From Eukaryota sp. GEM-RC1 (taxonomy: Eukaryota), in assembly GCA_040285855.1 (NCBI GenBank), contig JAUFOQ010000001.1:1116001-1180000 (forward strand): a stretch of 64,000 nt of DNA, in the 5' to 3' direction. A model generated the notes under the pieces. It was given only the letters and a program-made list of their open reading frames with translations, had not been told where the DNA came from and ran no database searches. This document shows positions 1 to 13,541 of this stretch, piece by piece. Position 1 is the stretch's first letter. Each line of letters opens with the position of its first letter. The translations under genes were made by a program, and so were the position numbers.

Positions 1-379
1 CAAAAAGACAACTAGGATTCCCCTGGAACCTCAACTTCCAAGTATAAATATTACCTGTAAGAAGTGGATCTTTTCCCAAGAAATCTCGATCATCCACATC
101 ATCTTCACCAACAAAAACTCTTTTTTTATACACACTAACTTGTAAGTGAGGATGCTTTAAAGTTTGTGAGAACTAAATTTTGTTTGATTGAGACTCCATT
201 TGACTGTCTGTGATTTCTTTAACTCTTCAATTTCACTTTGTAATTTAGCAATATCTGATATCAAATCAGAATTTTCCCTCACCAAGAGTTAGCACAATGA
301 TCTTTCACTTTTGTAAACAGAAACTTCATCAAATCGGCTTCCAATTCTTTAACACTTTCTAAAGGAACAACGAGGTATT
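1..379 (-). pseudogene. BTB-coiled-coil-SPRY family fragment, 5'-truncated, runs off window edge
   Basis: Colinear with 2717-3107. Minus strand encodes YLVVPLESVKELEADLMKFLFTKVKDHC and FLGKDPLLTGNIYTWKLRFQG, with frameshifts; similarity ends near 379. Confidence 0.8.
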
Positions 380-724
380 ATCTCTTCATTATTGTTGATT
401 ATGAAGAGGAAGATCCGTTGGAAATGACTTTGAATTAACGAGGAATTTATTTGAGGAAAAGAAGTATGAATTCTTTTGAAGGGTTATAAGAGATGACACG
501 TCACATTGATAGCCACACAGGCACTCTTCTGACTTGGTTTACGCATCTTCTACACAATGTCAATAGTATGTACGAAGTTCAGAGAACGCAATAACAGTGT
601 TGTTATTAACTCGTATGGCATGTAACGAAAGATTGCTGTGAGAGAGTTCAAGTAAAAGGGTGCAACGTAGTGTCACAGATTGGACTTACAGGAAAAGTAG
701 AAGCAAGCTTTGACGACTTAATAG

Positions 725-1660
725 TAGAGATGGGAGCCGGCTCAATTTAGCCGGCTTAGCCGGCTAGCCGAGCCAGCCGACTGGTCCAGAATAGAAATAT
801 TTCCAGCTGCAAGCCGGCTGGCTAAAAATATTTTTAGCCGGCTCAAGCCGAATATTTAGCATTAAAAAAGTGAAAGAGAAAGTTCTCTGAAAACAGAGCT
901 AATACAGAACGAATAATGAATTTAGAAATAGAAAATAATCATTTACAGCGCTTATCAGAACAGTTTAGGGCTACTAATGTTTATCAACGTTCGAACAAAA
1001 ATAGAATTGGTGAATATAGTTGATATGTGCCGATTAATTGCCCTACTGTTTTTCTTGGGGGCACCAATAATACAGTCAATGTACATTGTCGCAGTGTCCA
1101 TTTCTGACACTTTATATGTCTATTACATCTTTTATTTCGATTTAAAATGAATGGAGACAGTAAAAAACCGGAAGTCTGTCAGAGATCTTCTGCCAACGAC
1201 TTGGTTTCTTTTGAACTAATTAAGCTCCTTCTCAAAAATACTACTGTACTGTTTTCTTATATTATGCAGACAACCAATTCCATAGTGGTGTTACCATTGT
1301 TTCACAGACTCAAATAACAACTAACTGATCAACGTCAAATTTATAAGTGATAATCCCAAAAATAAGTCACATGTAAAATCTGTGAAAACTGGAAAATACT
1401 GATCAATGGCATCAGTATTGTGTCGTTCTGATACTCGGTGTAGTTGTCATTAACAATGGTTCTGTATCATTTTACTGATATATCAACCAACAAGTCAATA
1501 ACACTTTTAAGCAGTCAGCCTAAATACTCGAAACAAAACTCGCTGAGGCTGAGCCGGCTTCAGCCGGCTTGAGCTGGCTAAAATGTGTTGTAAGCCGCAG
1601 CCGGCTGGCTAATGCCTGCGGCTGAGCCGTGATCAAATTTTGAGCCGGCTCCCATCTATA
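725..1660. mobile_element. Non-autonomous hAT element (MITE)
   Basis: TIRs TAGAGATGGGAGCCGGCTCAA / TTGAGCCGGCTCCCATCTATA (1 mismatch in 21). 8-bp TSD cttaatag (717-724) / cttaatac (1661-1668). Subterminal AGCCG/CGGCT repeats at both ends; no long ORF. Confidence 0.9.
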
Positions 1661-2424
1661 CTTAATACATCTCAACAAAATGCTTTTAGTCTCATATTGT
1701 TTATTTCATCCGTCCACATAAACAAATATCGGTTAACACTTTTGATACTGTTTTCTACATAGGTATAGTCGGTACCAACAGTTAATGTCAAACCACCTTC
1801 ATGACATGTGATCAGATTCACTGGGAAACTTAAATTGTTGCAGTCAGATTCTAGTCTTCTTAATGAGGATTATGGGAGCTTTCAACTACACTAACCCAGG
1901 ACAATATAAACACATAACGTAATAATCAAGTAGTCTATCTAGGATTTAGTCTAATGAAACTGTCGGGTTTGAGGGCTGGAAGTGTTATTGTTATTGTTGA
2001 AGTTTCTTGAATTGAAAACGTCCCGACATTCATTAAATTGATGTTTGGTTTATTTCCAGACTTTTGTCTCAAAATTCAATTTATTGGATATTCAGGTACA
2101 TTATCAAACTCCAAATAGTACTTAAACTCATGTAACTTCGTCAGTACTGCCAATATCCTCGTGTTACAAACTAATAGAATTAAAAAAGAAACAAGGACTA
2201 AAGTAACCAAAAATCACGTGAAACAATGTGTATGACCTATTCAAATGCAAAAAATAGCTATTAGATTACAAATTCTCATGTTCATTGTGGTAGTAATTCC
2301 AATATTTTGATGATGGTTTATCTCAAACGTTTTTCTACACAACTTAGTTACGCAGAATCCAAAAATTAATTGGAATCACTGCTTTAAATGAAAAGACTTA
2401 CTCACAATGACAATGTTATCCACT

Positions 2425-3769
2425 TTATTCAACTATTTCAAGTTCATGAATACTATAATATAATGAAGCATACGGATAATAATTACCACTACTTAATCTG
2501 GGAAGAGTTCCAGTAAGATTAATTGAAGAATTACTCACGGATTTGATTAATAAAATGTAGTTAATGAGATCTACATTGATTTCGAGTAATTCACCAGGAT
2601 TCCAATTGGCTTTGTTTCCTGTGAGAACCACAAACGAGAGTATCATTGCGAAAACAGTGAGCATACTGATAACAACCACCTTCAACGCTAAACTTTGACT
2701 CGTCAAGGACTCCAACAAAAAGAGCATCAGTAGACCCCTGGTACCTCAACTTCCAAGTATACACATTACCTGGAAGAAGTGGATCTTCTCCCAAGATACT
2801 TCTGTCTTCACCGAAAAAACTACCACCACTTCCAAAAACAACTCTCTTTCTATCCCCACTAACTTGTAACTGAGAATGCTTTAGAGTGTTGGAAAATTTA
2901 ATCATTTTTGATTGAGACGCTAGTTGATTTTCTGTAGTAACCTTTTTTAGTCGTTCAATTTCACTTTGTAATTTAGCAATATCTGATACTAAATTAGAAT
3001 TTTCCCTCACCAAAGAGTCAGCACAATGATCTTTCACTTTTGTAAACACAAATTTCATCAAATCGGCTTCTAGTTCTTTAACATTTTCTAAAGGAACAAC
3101 GAGGTATTCATTCCATTGTTGTAAAGACATAAGATGAGCTGGACAAGAATTTAAAATATTTAAAAACTCATTCAAAGCGAAATTTTGACTCAAAATCGAT
3201 TCCACCATTGATTTGATGAACCATGACAGTGATTGAGTGGAAGTACAATACTGGGCGAGTGTTTTAAACCCTTCAGTAGTGATTGCCATCACGTCATCAA
3301 TCACTAGGTCAACAATCTTAGAAAAGAAAGGACCAACGAATTCCAGAGCTCTCAAGTCATTTCTTTCATCTGCTTCTTTAATGAATGGTTTTAACCAAGC
3401 CCAGGTCACGAGATGAGTTTTTAGGTGGTTTTCAACGTGATGAATGAGTTTGTCCACTTGGAAGTAGTGGACGAGGTAAAAGAAGTTGTAGGCGTTGCTC
3501 TCGTTGAGGGTGAATGATTTGCCAAAGAAGGACTTGAGGAAAGCGAAGAAGTTGTCTGAATCGACGGGGAGATGGGAGAAGTCAATGGGGTTCTCAAGCT
3601 TGTCGCCAAACTCCAAGAACCAGAGGGATCGGAAGTACGTTGAGTGGGCAGCAAGGACAGACTTGTTAACTTCGATGGATTCCCCGCCGAATGAAATGGT
3701 TTGGTTACACAGGGCGGGTTCGTCGAGGATAATTGCAAGAGTTTCTGCTGGGGGAAGGGAGAATGACAT
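2425..3769 (-). CDS. BTB/POZ-coiled-coil-SPRY/B30.2-like protein, frameshifted near 2625 (pseudogene or error)
   Basis: ATG at 3769 (MSFSLPPAETL). BTB motif VNKSVLAAHSTYFRSLW, coiled coil, SPRY-like YTWKLR..LFVGV..YYPY. The C-terminus continues in ORF 2425-2727. Confidence 0.85.
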
Positions 3770-4677
3770 TAGAAGTAATAGAGAGGGAGATAAGTAAAGG
3801 GGCTTCGACCAAAATGCCAATTCTGACAACATTGAACTACATCAATATCACTTTTTCAACACAGCACTTCAATATCACTTTCTGTTTCTTCGCTTTAACT
3901 TGTTCTTTGGTGTTCTACTTGACCTTCATGGCATTCTTCTTGTATGATCTGCAAATGAATAAAGTATCAATGAAGACTATTTTATATTGCTCATCTACAT
4001 GTCAGTATCTACATATCAATATCAGTGCTATCTTCTGAAGAGAGAAAGACATCATTGAAATCGTAGACCAATGTTCTTGTGCTAAAACAAAACAACATGC
4101 ATAATCCTGAACCTCTGCTGAAGAGTAGTCGTTCATTTGATGATAATGCAGTACCCCACCGTATTCACATGGAACTATCATCGGTAAAAAGTCAAACCAA
4201 TGATCTCTAACGCTCTATGACTGGTAAATGTTCAATCCATCCTCAAACTCATGCTCATTCACTGCTTTGAGTCGATGCTGCTTCACTCAGCTACCTTATG
4301 GTTAATGATTCAATCAAGAGTTCTGCTGCTTTTTTAATCCTTCGTGTTGGTTTGAATGCCTCCTCTCACTTCTATTACTTTGATCCTGATCTAGCTTCAC
4401 AGTGTTCTTTTTTATCATGATGGGCAATGACTGTATCCTCTTTTGCTCTTTCTTACATCCATAGTAGTTATACAGCTAATATTATGTTTTTCCAATGATC
4501 AGCATCTGATATGCACTTCCCCTGCAATCGTTTCAGCTATTGAGGTTTGTAATTTCACTGCATAAAGGTCTGATCCGCATTTTAGACCTTTACAATTTCA
4601 GACCTAACATCTTCCCTCATCTCCATCGCCTTCTTTTCCGTTCCTGAAGACTTCTTATACATCGCAGTGGGTTTGAC

Positions 4678-6225
4678 TTGGGATCTTCTTCTTTCACACG
4701 GAAATATTCGATCTCTTCCCGTAAAATTCTCAAAGACTCAAAAGTACGAGCTGAATGGACGTATTTGTTCTTAGGACTTAGTCAAGAAGATACGGCCAGG
4801 ATCTTCGGATTCTCACAGTCCTCTATTAGTAGATGGGTTTCTTTCTATTTAAGATTGAAGTCCAACCGTGATCGTTTAGCTTCTGGATTCTACGTCAGCG
4901 ACCATGAATCAGATGTGGAAACCTGCGATACTCATGACCCTCGCTGTGTGTTATCAATAGAATAAGAGTTGTTCGTTCTTTACATAGTAAACGCAGATCC
5001 TTTGTTGTTCTTGCATGAAATAAGTCATAAAATTCTAGAGAACTCCGATAAAAGTGTTCCATATCTACGATACATCGAGCCCTCATCCGACATGGATATA
5101 CGTACACGAAGTGTCAGCATATAGTCCGAAAAGCAAAATTGTAACTCGAATGTCACTTTGAGTTGCGATTTACTACAGATATACAGTAGGTGATGTATTC
5201 CAGCACAAACTCATATTTATTGATCTGAACAAGCAAATTTTATGTTATAAATTAACGAAATACAAACAACTAGTACTTAAAAGATATTAAATGATCCACA
5301 TCTACTCTTGAACTACCACGATACAATTTGTCCAGAATACGATTCAAATACTTTGGAAAACTTCTATATAAGGAAAAAACAATGCGATTGCGCCAAATAG
5401 ACTGATTAAAATTTTTCCTATTGTCGCGGCACAACTTTGAAAAGGCATCAAAGAATTTTTCAGCAGCAAATCCAATATTACCAAGAATTGAAATAACAAA
5501 AGGAATGAACTTAAAAGAAGAATACAAATTGGAATTCAGTTTGATCATTGTGTCAGAATATGTACTAATTTTCCTTTTTTCAGCTTTGGATAAATGATTT
5601 TCAGTATCACTCGAAACTGAATTCAAATATACTTTAGCACATGGATCAACAGTAGTAAAATCTATCACAGCTTGACAAGAATCAAGATATGGAACAATGA
5701 GATCACCTCGTCGAGAATTGGTAAAATTATCATCACTATAATGTTTAAGAAGAGGTTCGATTTTCCCATTAAGCCCATGACATTTAAACATTTCATACGT
5801 AACGTCACGAACAGCATTGTGTAAAATCGATCTAAACTGAAGAAATTTTTTGCAACTAACAATGTGTCTGAAGTCAGCTTTGGGTCTCTTTTCACAACAA
5901 CACATAGTATTAGCTAACAATTCAGATGGAAACAGACCTAAGCGAAGACGCATGTTAAGTTTCCAAGCCTCATTATTGAGATGAAGACCATAAGGTCTAG
6001 GCTGTTGAGTAATAAACGATGAACAGTTTTTTAAATCCAAAAGAAAAGCAGCAAAGACTAAGATTGATCTGAACTATCTTTTAAAACGGAGTCGAACTAT
6101 CGAACACATGGCAGATCCCCTAAAGGACAATCAATACACATAGTAGGTCCAGAAACGGGAGAAGTGCAAGTAAGTGTTATAGTAGCTATTGACATGAGTG
6201 GTTTGGTTTTATAAAATGTTAGAAG
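4678..6225 (+). mobile_element. IS630/Tc1-like transposase remnant, interrupted by a non-LTR insertion
   Basis: HTH (LSQEDTARIFGFSQSSISRWV), then CSISTIHRALIRHGY and LIFID near 5210-5224. After the insert: RTHGRSPKGQ...VSVIVAIDMSG (6101-6205). Stops and frameshifts present. Confidence 0.75.
5231..6062 (-). mobile_element. 5'-truncated CRE/R2-like non-LTR retrotransposon (restriction-like endonuclease domain)
   Basis: ORF 5270-6040: RLRLG, C-x-C...H...C knuckle, HNAVRD, EP, RGDL, IDFT, AEKRK..Y, FIPF..S..G. Flanked by direct repeat attgatctgaac (5219-5230 / 6063-6074). Confidence 0.85.
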
Positions 6226-6364
6226 GCTACCAGGCTACAAACAACATGCTACAAACATGCTACAAACAACAGTAGCTTATTATAGAAAGGGTGCTCAATG
6301 ATGCACTGCTCTTGTAAGAATGAAGTGGAAACAGGAAGATAGATGTTGCACACATCAACTTTTT

Positions 6365-8908
6365 CAGAATTAAAGTAAAGTAGTGTACACTACTTTACTT
6401 TATACTTTACTTTTACTTTACACTTTAACATACTTTAAGAATGTATAAAGTGATCCTGCATCTTACAATTTTGTTCTTCAATTATCTCTTCAGTTTTATG
6501 ACATCTCTTCCTTCCGAGGAATGGAAAACTCTCTGTGAAGTAGTGGAAGTAGTCTCTAGCACATGTGCCCGGTTCCGTTGTAAGCTGTGTGACGTCGTTC
6601 ATTCTGTCAACAGGTGAACAATGGAAGGACATTTCTTACGTGACCTACCTAAAAAGCGTCCCATCTCGCTCTGTTCCAACATTGGACCTCCTGGTTCACA
6701 AAATGCGCTCAATGTTGCTGCTCTTAGAAGATACGTAGAGACTCATTCCCGGGGGCGTAAGCGGAAGGCTTCTCAACAGTCTACACCTGAGACGAAACGA
6801 AATGACCTACAGCCCTTTCTTTCTCCCGTTCCTGAACCTCCTGTCGATGAATCATCTACTGTGGTTGTCATCTCTGAGTCTGATCCAAATACATCATCTC
6901 TTTCTCCGACTTCTGCTGTCACGGCTATTCCCCAGCCAACAATTGAAACTACTATTCCCATTGCAACTTCCCCCAAGATCTGTAACTTAAAGCAGACAAA
7001 ACTAAAGAAATTTTATCAAAAAAGTAGCAACCAAAATCTAGATGAAGTTGTTGCTCTTTATGCTCTAGGAGAAGGATTACCACTCACTAAAGTTTCTAAA
7101 TCGACAAGGCTGCAAAATGTTATTGAAGGAGCTGTCGAGCATTATAAGCTGTACAACGAAGTTTTTGAATTACCATCTTATCAGAAATTGATGGACACAG
7201 TGGCTCCCAAAATTATTAAAAATGTTAAAAGACAAAGTACAGTCGACATTGCTACCCTTTGCACTGGTTGGACTTTAGTTATAGATGGATCAGAGATAAA
7301 TGATAACAGTTTAATTAATTTCTGCCTTGTTGGTCCAAACAGGACAATTTTTTACAAATGCATTGAATGCAATTATCAGTCAAAGACTGCAGATTTTTTT
7401 TAAAAATCTTTTTGTTTCAGTTCTCAACGAAATTGGTCCTGAATATGTAAATTTTGTCATTACCGATGGAGCAGCAAATTATTTAAATGCAGCAACAGCT
7501 GTCCAAGATGTTTTCCCAGCCATCACAGGGATGCGGTGTAGCATTCACACACTCAATTTGTTTTTAAAGGACATTTGCTCGCCGACTTCAAATTACGTTG
7601 TGCCTTCAATTCGAAGTATTGTCGAAAATGCCAACAAAGTAGTTGATTTTGTTGTTAACAAGCCTTTCATCCGGAAGCTTTTGAAAAAGTCAACCCAGAA
7701 GAAATTAAAACGAATTTGTTTGACACGATTTTACACTCAATTCATCGTCATTGAAAGAGTACACGAATTGTACCAAAATGTCAATAACACTCTCACGAAT
7801 GAAGACTATATCACCTGGCTTGCTAAGCCACAACAAGCTAGAATTAGAGAAGTATCTGCTGAGGTCAAGCTAATAGTTGCCGATGATGATTTTTGGGTTC
7901 AGGTAAAATTATTAATTGACTTCTTACGACCAATCATTGACTTAATGCTGAAAATGGACAGTCTAACGCCAATTATGGGAAAATTGTACCGATACCTCGA
8001 ATTGGAAGATCTGAGGTTATCGACAGCTCAGTTATCCATCCTAGAACCAGGTGAAATTGATAGCATAAGAAGTCGATTTCAGGTTCGAAAGAACCAATTA
8101 GCACATCCTTGTGTTAAAGCTGCATTCTGTTTGGATCCTGAAAACAGAAACATTGTCAGACTGAGTCGATACCTTGACTGTAGGAACGCACTTTTTGGTC
8201 TCATTGAACAACGGTTCGGTGAACGTAAGAAACCAGATGTTTTGCAACAGTGGAATGAGTACTTAGTTGGAACTGGGGAGTTTGAACATGAAGCAATTTT
8301 TCTTAATGCAAGGAAACAATCTGCTCATAACTGGTGGTATGCCAATGGAGGGGACCAAGAATTATCTCAATTGGCAGTAAAACTGCTAAGTAGTGTTGCC
8401 TCCAATTCAGAAGCTGAAAGAAACTGGTCTGACTTCAGTGTTGTCTGTACCAAAGAGCGATCCAGACTAACAAGTGAGAAAGCCAGTGACTTTGTGATGA
8501 TCAAACACAACCTGAAGAGGGGAAAGATAATGAGTAGAAAGTTCTTTGACTGGATTGATGAAGAAGTTCTTGGTCCTGAGCTTGACAATTTAGAGGTCAC
8601 AGATGATGAAGAAGTACAGCCTGTGGTGGAGGAGATATTGGTTCCTGAGTAATCTGTAGAAGAAGTGAAAACTTGAGTGCTCACCCACTCTTGATATGTA
8701 TAGTTTAGATTTTGTAGTTTTTGGTGAGTTTCTACTTTATAAAAGTTGTTTAAATTCCTACTGTCGAAAGGAATAGATGTATACGGGATGGCTGGAGCAA
8801 CCCTAGCAATCAAGAAAGAAAGTGCTTAAAGTGCTTAAAGTACTGAATATATCTTAAAGTAAAGTAAAGTAAAGTGCTTAAAGTACTTTACTACTTTAAG
8901 AATCCCTG
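6365..8908 (+). mobile_element. hAT DNA transposon (near full length)
   Basis: Right end CTTTAAGAATCCCTG, degenerate left end CAGAATTAAAG, AAAGT/ACTTT subterminal repeats at both ends, and an internal transposase. No TSD recognised. Confidence 0.8.
6498..8652 (+). pseudogene. hAT transposase (BED finger, DUF659-type catalytic region, dimerisation domain), with in-frame TGA at 6615 and frameshift in the T-run near 7400
   Basis: From ATG 6498: W..CKLC..H..C BED finger, IDG, VITDGA, RCSIHTLNL, TRF, WW, AERNWS. Confidence 0.9.
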
Positions 8909-9248
8909 AATGAGACCAATGTTCTTGTGGCCTTTTAACAAAACTACATGTCTAATCCTGAACCTCCACTGAAGAGTAGTCGTTCATTTGATGATAATGT
9001 AACACTTACTAGCAGTTAAGTCTTCAATGTTTGCTCCTTTTCTAGTATCTCCTCCCCGCAATCTAACTCTGATACTGTCTGCGTCGGTCTCTCTACTTTC
9101 GTTTCCCTCCAAGTACTTGTGTTTTCAGATATCTTTATTTGTCTGGATCAATCTTCACTTACTTGTATTTTAAAGTCCTCTCTCAACGTCAATCATGCAG
9201 ATCTTATTCTTGCTCTCCGCCATTTGAACCAAGAGTTGTCATCATTCT

Positions 9249-9990
9249 TTATAGTACTTGCCTGTGTACTCCATATCCAACACTCAGATTCTGTTTGAAC
9301 TCAGATTCGTTATAGGCCTTCACTAAAACCTTACAATTAGCTCTAAGTGAAATGACATACTTCATTATTGAATTTTCCGTTTCGTCTCCAGTTTGAGGAA
9401 GAAGTTCTTGAGTCTCACGTGATACCTTCAGGACTTGCTCCTTGACTTCTGCAACCCACTCCTCCCCCACGTCTTTCAAAAGGTTACATCCATTGATATG
9501 ATCAGGTAAAGCCTTCTCCCAACAGTGATTCATCAAGAGTTGGACTAATTCTGCGCTACGGTCAATGACTTCACTGAAAACTGACTTGTAATGAGTTTCA
9601 AAGTATTGACGGAAGATCGCTCTGAATGTGGTTGATGATAGGAAGTTTGACAGACCATGCCCCACCTTCCATTACATGAAGGTCAATGAGTGCTTACATT
9701 TCTTTACTACGGAATTCCGTCGTTACTTTCAGTGGCTGATCGAAACCCTTTTCAAACACCTCATGCATTCTATCTTTCACATTGAGTTCTCTCACTACAG
9801 TCCCTTCTTTGGTCAGGCTCATGAACTCCTCGCTAGCTCTGTGAACTGTGTGAAGGAAGTAGTCGTAGGTTGCATCGGGAGTAACTCTTGGTGGAGGGAG
9901 ATGAGCAATTGTTTCCTTCCAATTCTTGTCTGATTTTTGTTTTAATAACTGGGAATATTTTTGTTTTATCAAAACCTTCCTCAACTTCAT
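9249..9990 (-). pseudogene. Mx/DRP4-like dynamin stalk (middle/GED) fragment lacking the GTPase domain
   Basis: LNVKDRMHEVF, GHGLSNFLSSTTFRAIF and SLRANCKVL resemble dynamin-related stalk motifs (GLPNFL..AF; YWK in GED). Internal stop at 9694. Confidence 0.65.
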
Positions 9991-10329
9991 TCATTTGATC
10001 GTCTCTGTGAAGCAGATGTACAGTCTGTTTTCTGGCACGTGATTGGGGAATTTATATTTGTTTTATTCACAAGATTTGGTGATTGAAATTAATGTTCAGT
10101 GATGTTCCTTTTCATTTGTCTTTTTTAAAAGATATTTTTGATATCAAACCAGAATAATGAAAGAAAGTTTCATTATTTAATTGGAAAAACAAAAATATTG
10201 ACCATTGTATAACATTAAATAATTTGAATTGATAGATGAAATTTGAAATGTTTAATGGTTCAATTCAGTTCAATATCTCTCTAAACTGAACAGGTTCTGA
10301 ACCATGGTTCAGTTCAATAAATATTTATA

Positions 10330-11300
10330 ATTAAAGTACAACTAAAGTTCGTAATCACTAAGATGAAATCAAACTAATTGTTGATTAGTTGATGAGAGCC
10401 GAACTGACATTGTTGAATCAGTATCCATGGGAGAAGTAAGTTGAGAATAACTTCAGGTTTGAGCTAAGTCTCACTAATGACATTGGGTGTCATTTTAAGA
10501 CGGTTACTTGGTGGTGAAAGCATTAGACTCTAAGTAGATGTACACAGTGAGAATGGCAGCGAGTCTATATAATACGACGAATTTCTTTTCAATTAGATCA
10601 TCAGCAGTGACTATTGGTTTAGCATTGTCAGTTACAACGTTAGTGATGAGCGCTGGTTTGTTATTTTACTACCATTTTTTAGATTCAATGTAAAGATCTT
10701 TAGATTTTCCAAAAGTATTAATACAATCGTAAAACATTGCACCATCAAGTGTAACAATGATTAAATTCGGAAGAACCAGTTCATCCATCTAACACAAGGG
10801 AGGAGTTCGTTTCTTGAATAGTTGGTGATATACGGGAAAAACTTTGCTTAAGAGAGAGACATTTCTTTCCATAACATTGGAGATATATCGTAATGTGATT
10901 GATGCATGTATGAATGTCGGTAACTAGCTCTTTGAATTTTCTTAAAAAGTTGGTTGTTCAACGATCCTAAAGGATACGTTCAAGAGATAAGCACTGACGT
11001 GATTAAAGATTGAAGTTGAGATTGCTTTTGGGTTTTTTGCTTTGCATGAGTTCCAAGATGAGTGTTCACAGGAACAATACCTGAAAAATCGAATTTGTTT
11101 TTGCTGTTTTTAAAGATATGGTGACAGAACAACAGTACGTAATGGTTTACTCTGCGTCTTTCCGTAAATGCAACTGGAAAGAAGACAATGAAACCATTTC
11201 TGATTGGTTACTCCCAGAATTTAAGAGTTTTCAGATGATCAGGTGAATCTGATCATGTTTGATGGGCTGCAAATAAAACATCACAGAACTTTTCAGAGAA
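10330..11300 (-). mobile_element. Degenerate hAT transposase
   Basis: Minus-strand fragments LNVSFRIVEQ, VLDG, GAMFYDCINT, LITNVVTDNA and TRCHSHCVHLL. GAACT/AGTTC repeats at 10255-10320. Confidence 0.7.
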
Positions 11301-11454
11301 TACTGTTTTGAGCTCGATTGATATGATGTTGCTCGACGAAGAAGGATGTTGCTGTTGTTAGTTAACATTCTAAACTGGACGAAGAGATGTTATCAGGGAT
11401 GAGGAATCTACAGCATCGTTAATATCGTCATCTTCAATCAAAATTACATCATTG

Positions 11455-11610
11455 GTTTTTGCTAGTGACTTGAACAAAGAAATAAGTAAGCAACCCACGT
11501 TAATTGTAACATCACTTTTCTGCCTGTAATAGAACTCACGAATATCTTCAGAAAAAAACCTTGAAGAGCCTTTGTACTGGGAAAAACACTTATGTATCTC
11601 AAGATGGTTA
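11455..11610. repeat. Dispersed repeat, inverted copy at about 51095-51283
   Basis: gctagtgacttgaacaaagaaataagtaagcaaccc matches the reverse complement of 51238-51273, with similarity extending further. Confidence 0.7.
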
Positions 11611-11929
11611 AATAAGTCTACCTTGTTCCAGGTGAGGTTACCACCAGAGACTGATGTGACTAGTTCTTGCGACTCAGTGTGGTCTTGGGTGTTCGACGTA
11701 TTAATCGCGGAGTTTAAAACTAATTTTTGGAGATTCCATTCAGGCTGTGAGTGGGTAAGAAAAAGAGATTTTATCCAACAGCAAGAAGACAGTTTTGTTG
11801 GAAGCAGGTTTATGATATAGAAAACAGTCAGATATGATACAAATATGCTTATAAACACAGCCATCATCCTACTAATGCAAGATAGAAAGTGCTTGTTAAG
11901 GAATCGTAAGGAATAGCCTGTAGGAAATG

Positions 11930-12287
11930 GAACAAAAAGTCCTTTTTTGGTCAAGCATCCATATGCCACAAGAAAGTCTCTTCCCAAAATAACCTTAACA
12001 AGTCCAGGGAGAATGATAAACTCCTGATGGACATGCTTCTGATTTTGAGCACTAGACAGGGATACCTCAGCAACCACCAATCCCTCAGATTTAACTACTT
12101 GCCCTCCTGTCATCTTCACTTTGGGAGAACTGGACGAGTACTTCTTCAAGGCCAACTTTTGACACGCATGAAGTGGCATGCACGACCTTTCTGCTCCTGT
12201 ATCATTAACAGCTGAATAGTCCATTGAAACATAGTTTATTGAAACTGGAACTTCGCAGATATTTTCTGCACTGATCTGGAACACCAA
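11930..12287 (-). mobile_element. Retrotransposon aspartyl protease fragment (Ty3/gypsy type)
   Basis: AVNDTGAERSCM...KVILGRDFL in ORF 11370-12287. The remainder of that ORF is read-through into repeat sequence. Confidence 0.7.
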
Positions 12288-13541
12288 TGTCCATCAATTG
12301 AGCTGAATGAAATGTTCATCGTTCCTATAGTTTATAATGGTGATTACATAAATACATTTAAGCTCACAATCTATCTCCTATTCCATATTGTATTATTTGT
12401 TTGCAGTTACAAATACAGTCAAGTTGTTTACAGCGTAAAACTCTGTACAGGGTGCATTTTTTACTGTCCGAGATTGTACTCTCATTTTGCCTTATGACAT
12501 CTTAGTTTGTCGCTTCTTTTCGTAATTCCCCTTATTTATAGTTTATAGGAACATCAAAAATTAAAAATGACATCAAAGAAAACAATATATTATTGTTATA
12601 AAGATTATAACTTATAAACTGTCGTTTTGATGTCGCTTAGCTAGTGGTGACAATCACAACAGAACTATAAATGAACAATGTCTTGTTTTTTTTCATTCAA
12701 AAATTTTAGACCTAATCTGGTGTTTCTTAGTTATTTCAGTGTCAGAAAGTCCAGTAATATATGTATGATTGTCAACGAATACGTTTTGTTTACTGTAATT
12801 ACTGCTAGTAGTAAGTGGACCAGACACCAAACACAAATGCAACGGCTACAACTTGTTGGAAGTACAGCCTGACCTATGAATAGTGACAACCAGGTTTTGC
12901 AGAAAAATATTTATTGGGATTTATCAAAATGCAACAGTATTATTTGTGATTCATTACTTTATTTATTGAATTTATTTCAACGAACAACATTTGCCTTTTA
13001 AAAACATAACATCAGCCACAGTTCAATTACAGACTGCTGTTCAGTAAAAACCAATGAAAATTAACAAATTAAAAATAACAAATCTAATCAATGAATAAAG
13101 ATTTCGACTACTAACAAAAGGCATTTTAAAAGTTAAAATAGTCATACGTGACTACAAAAAGCGGCTTTTATAAAACAAGTGAATCTTATAACTTATTGGG
13201 AATACAAATACAAATTAAAACAATACATGGGCTCTTTGACTTTCAGATCTCATAATATTACTAAACCCAAAACAACTACGAACACTACATGTACCTTTTT
13301 TAAAACAAGATTCAAAGAAAGGAAAACAGTTAATTTGTTTATAACCGCTGAAACAATGTAAGTTAAAAGCGTTTAAATAATACTCATTCAATTTTACCAT
13401 TTGAACAATGTAAAGATTAATGAGAAAAATGACAAATCCAATAAGGTAAAACTAGGACAACAATACAAACATATGAAAAACAAAGAAATAAGATACATCA
13501 AAAAATAAATTAAATAAAATACAATAAAAGAATATTCTAAA

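Noticed and set aside
6235..6270. Short tandem repeat of ctacaaaca(a)catg-like units
   Set aside because: Only about three units between TE remnants; no function supportable.
6615..6617. In-frame TGA in the hAT BED finger as evidence of stop-codon reassignment
   Set aside because: Single case in a decayed TE and explicable as CGA to TGA; the conserved genes show no in-frame TGA.
12780..12960. Possible piggyBac-like transposase C-terminal remnant
   Set aside because: Only vague motif resemblance; no TTAA/TIR support found.
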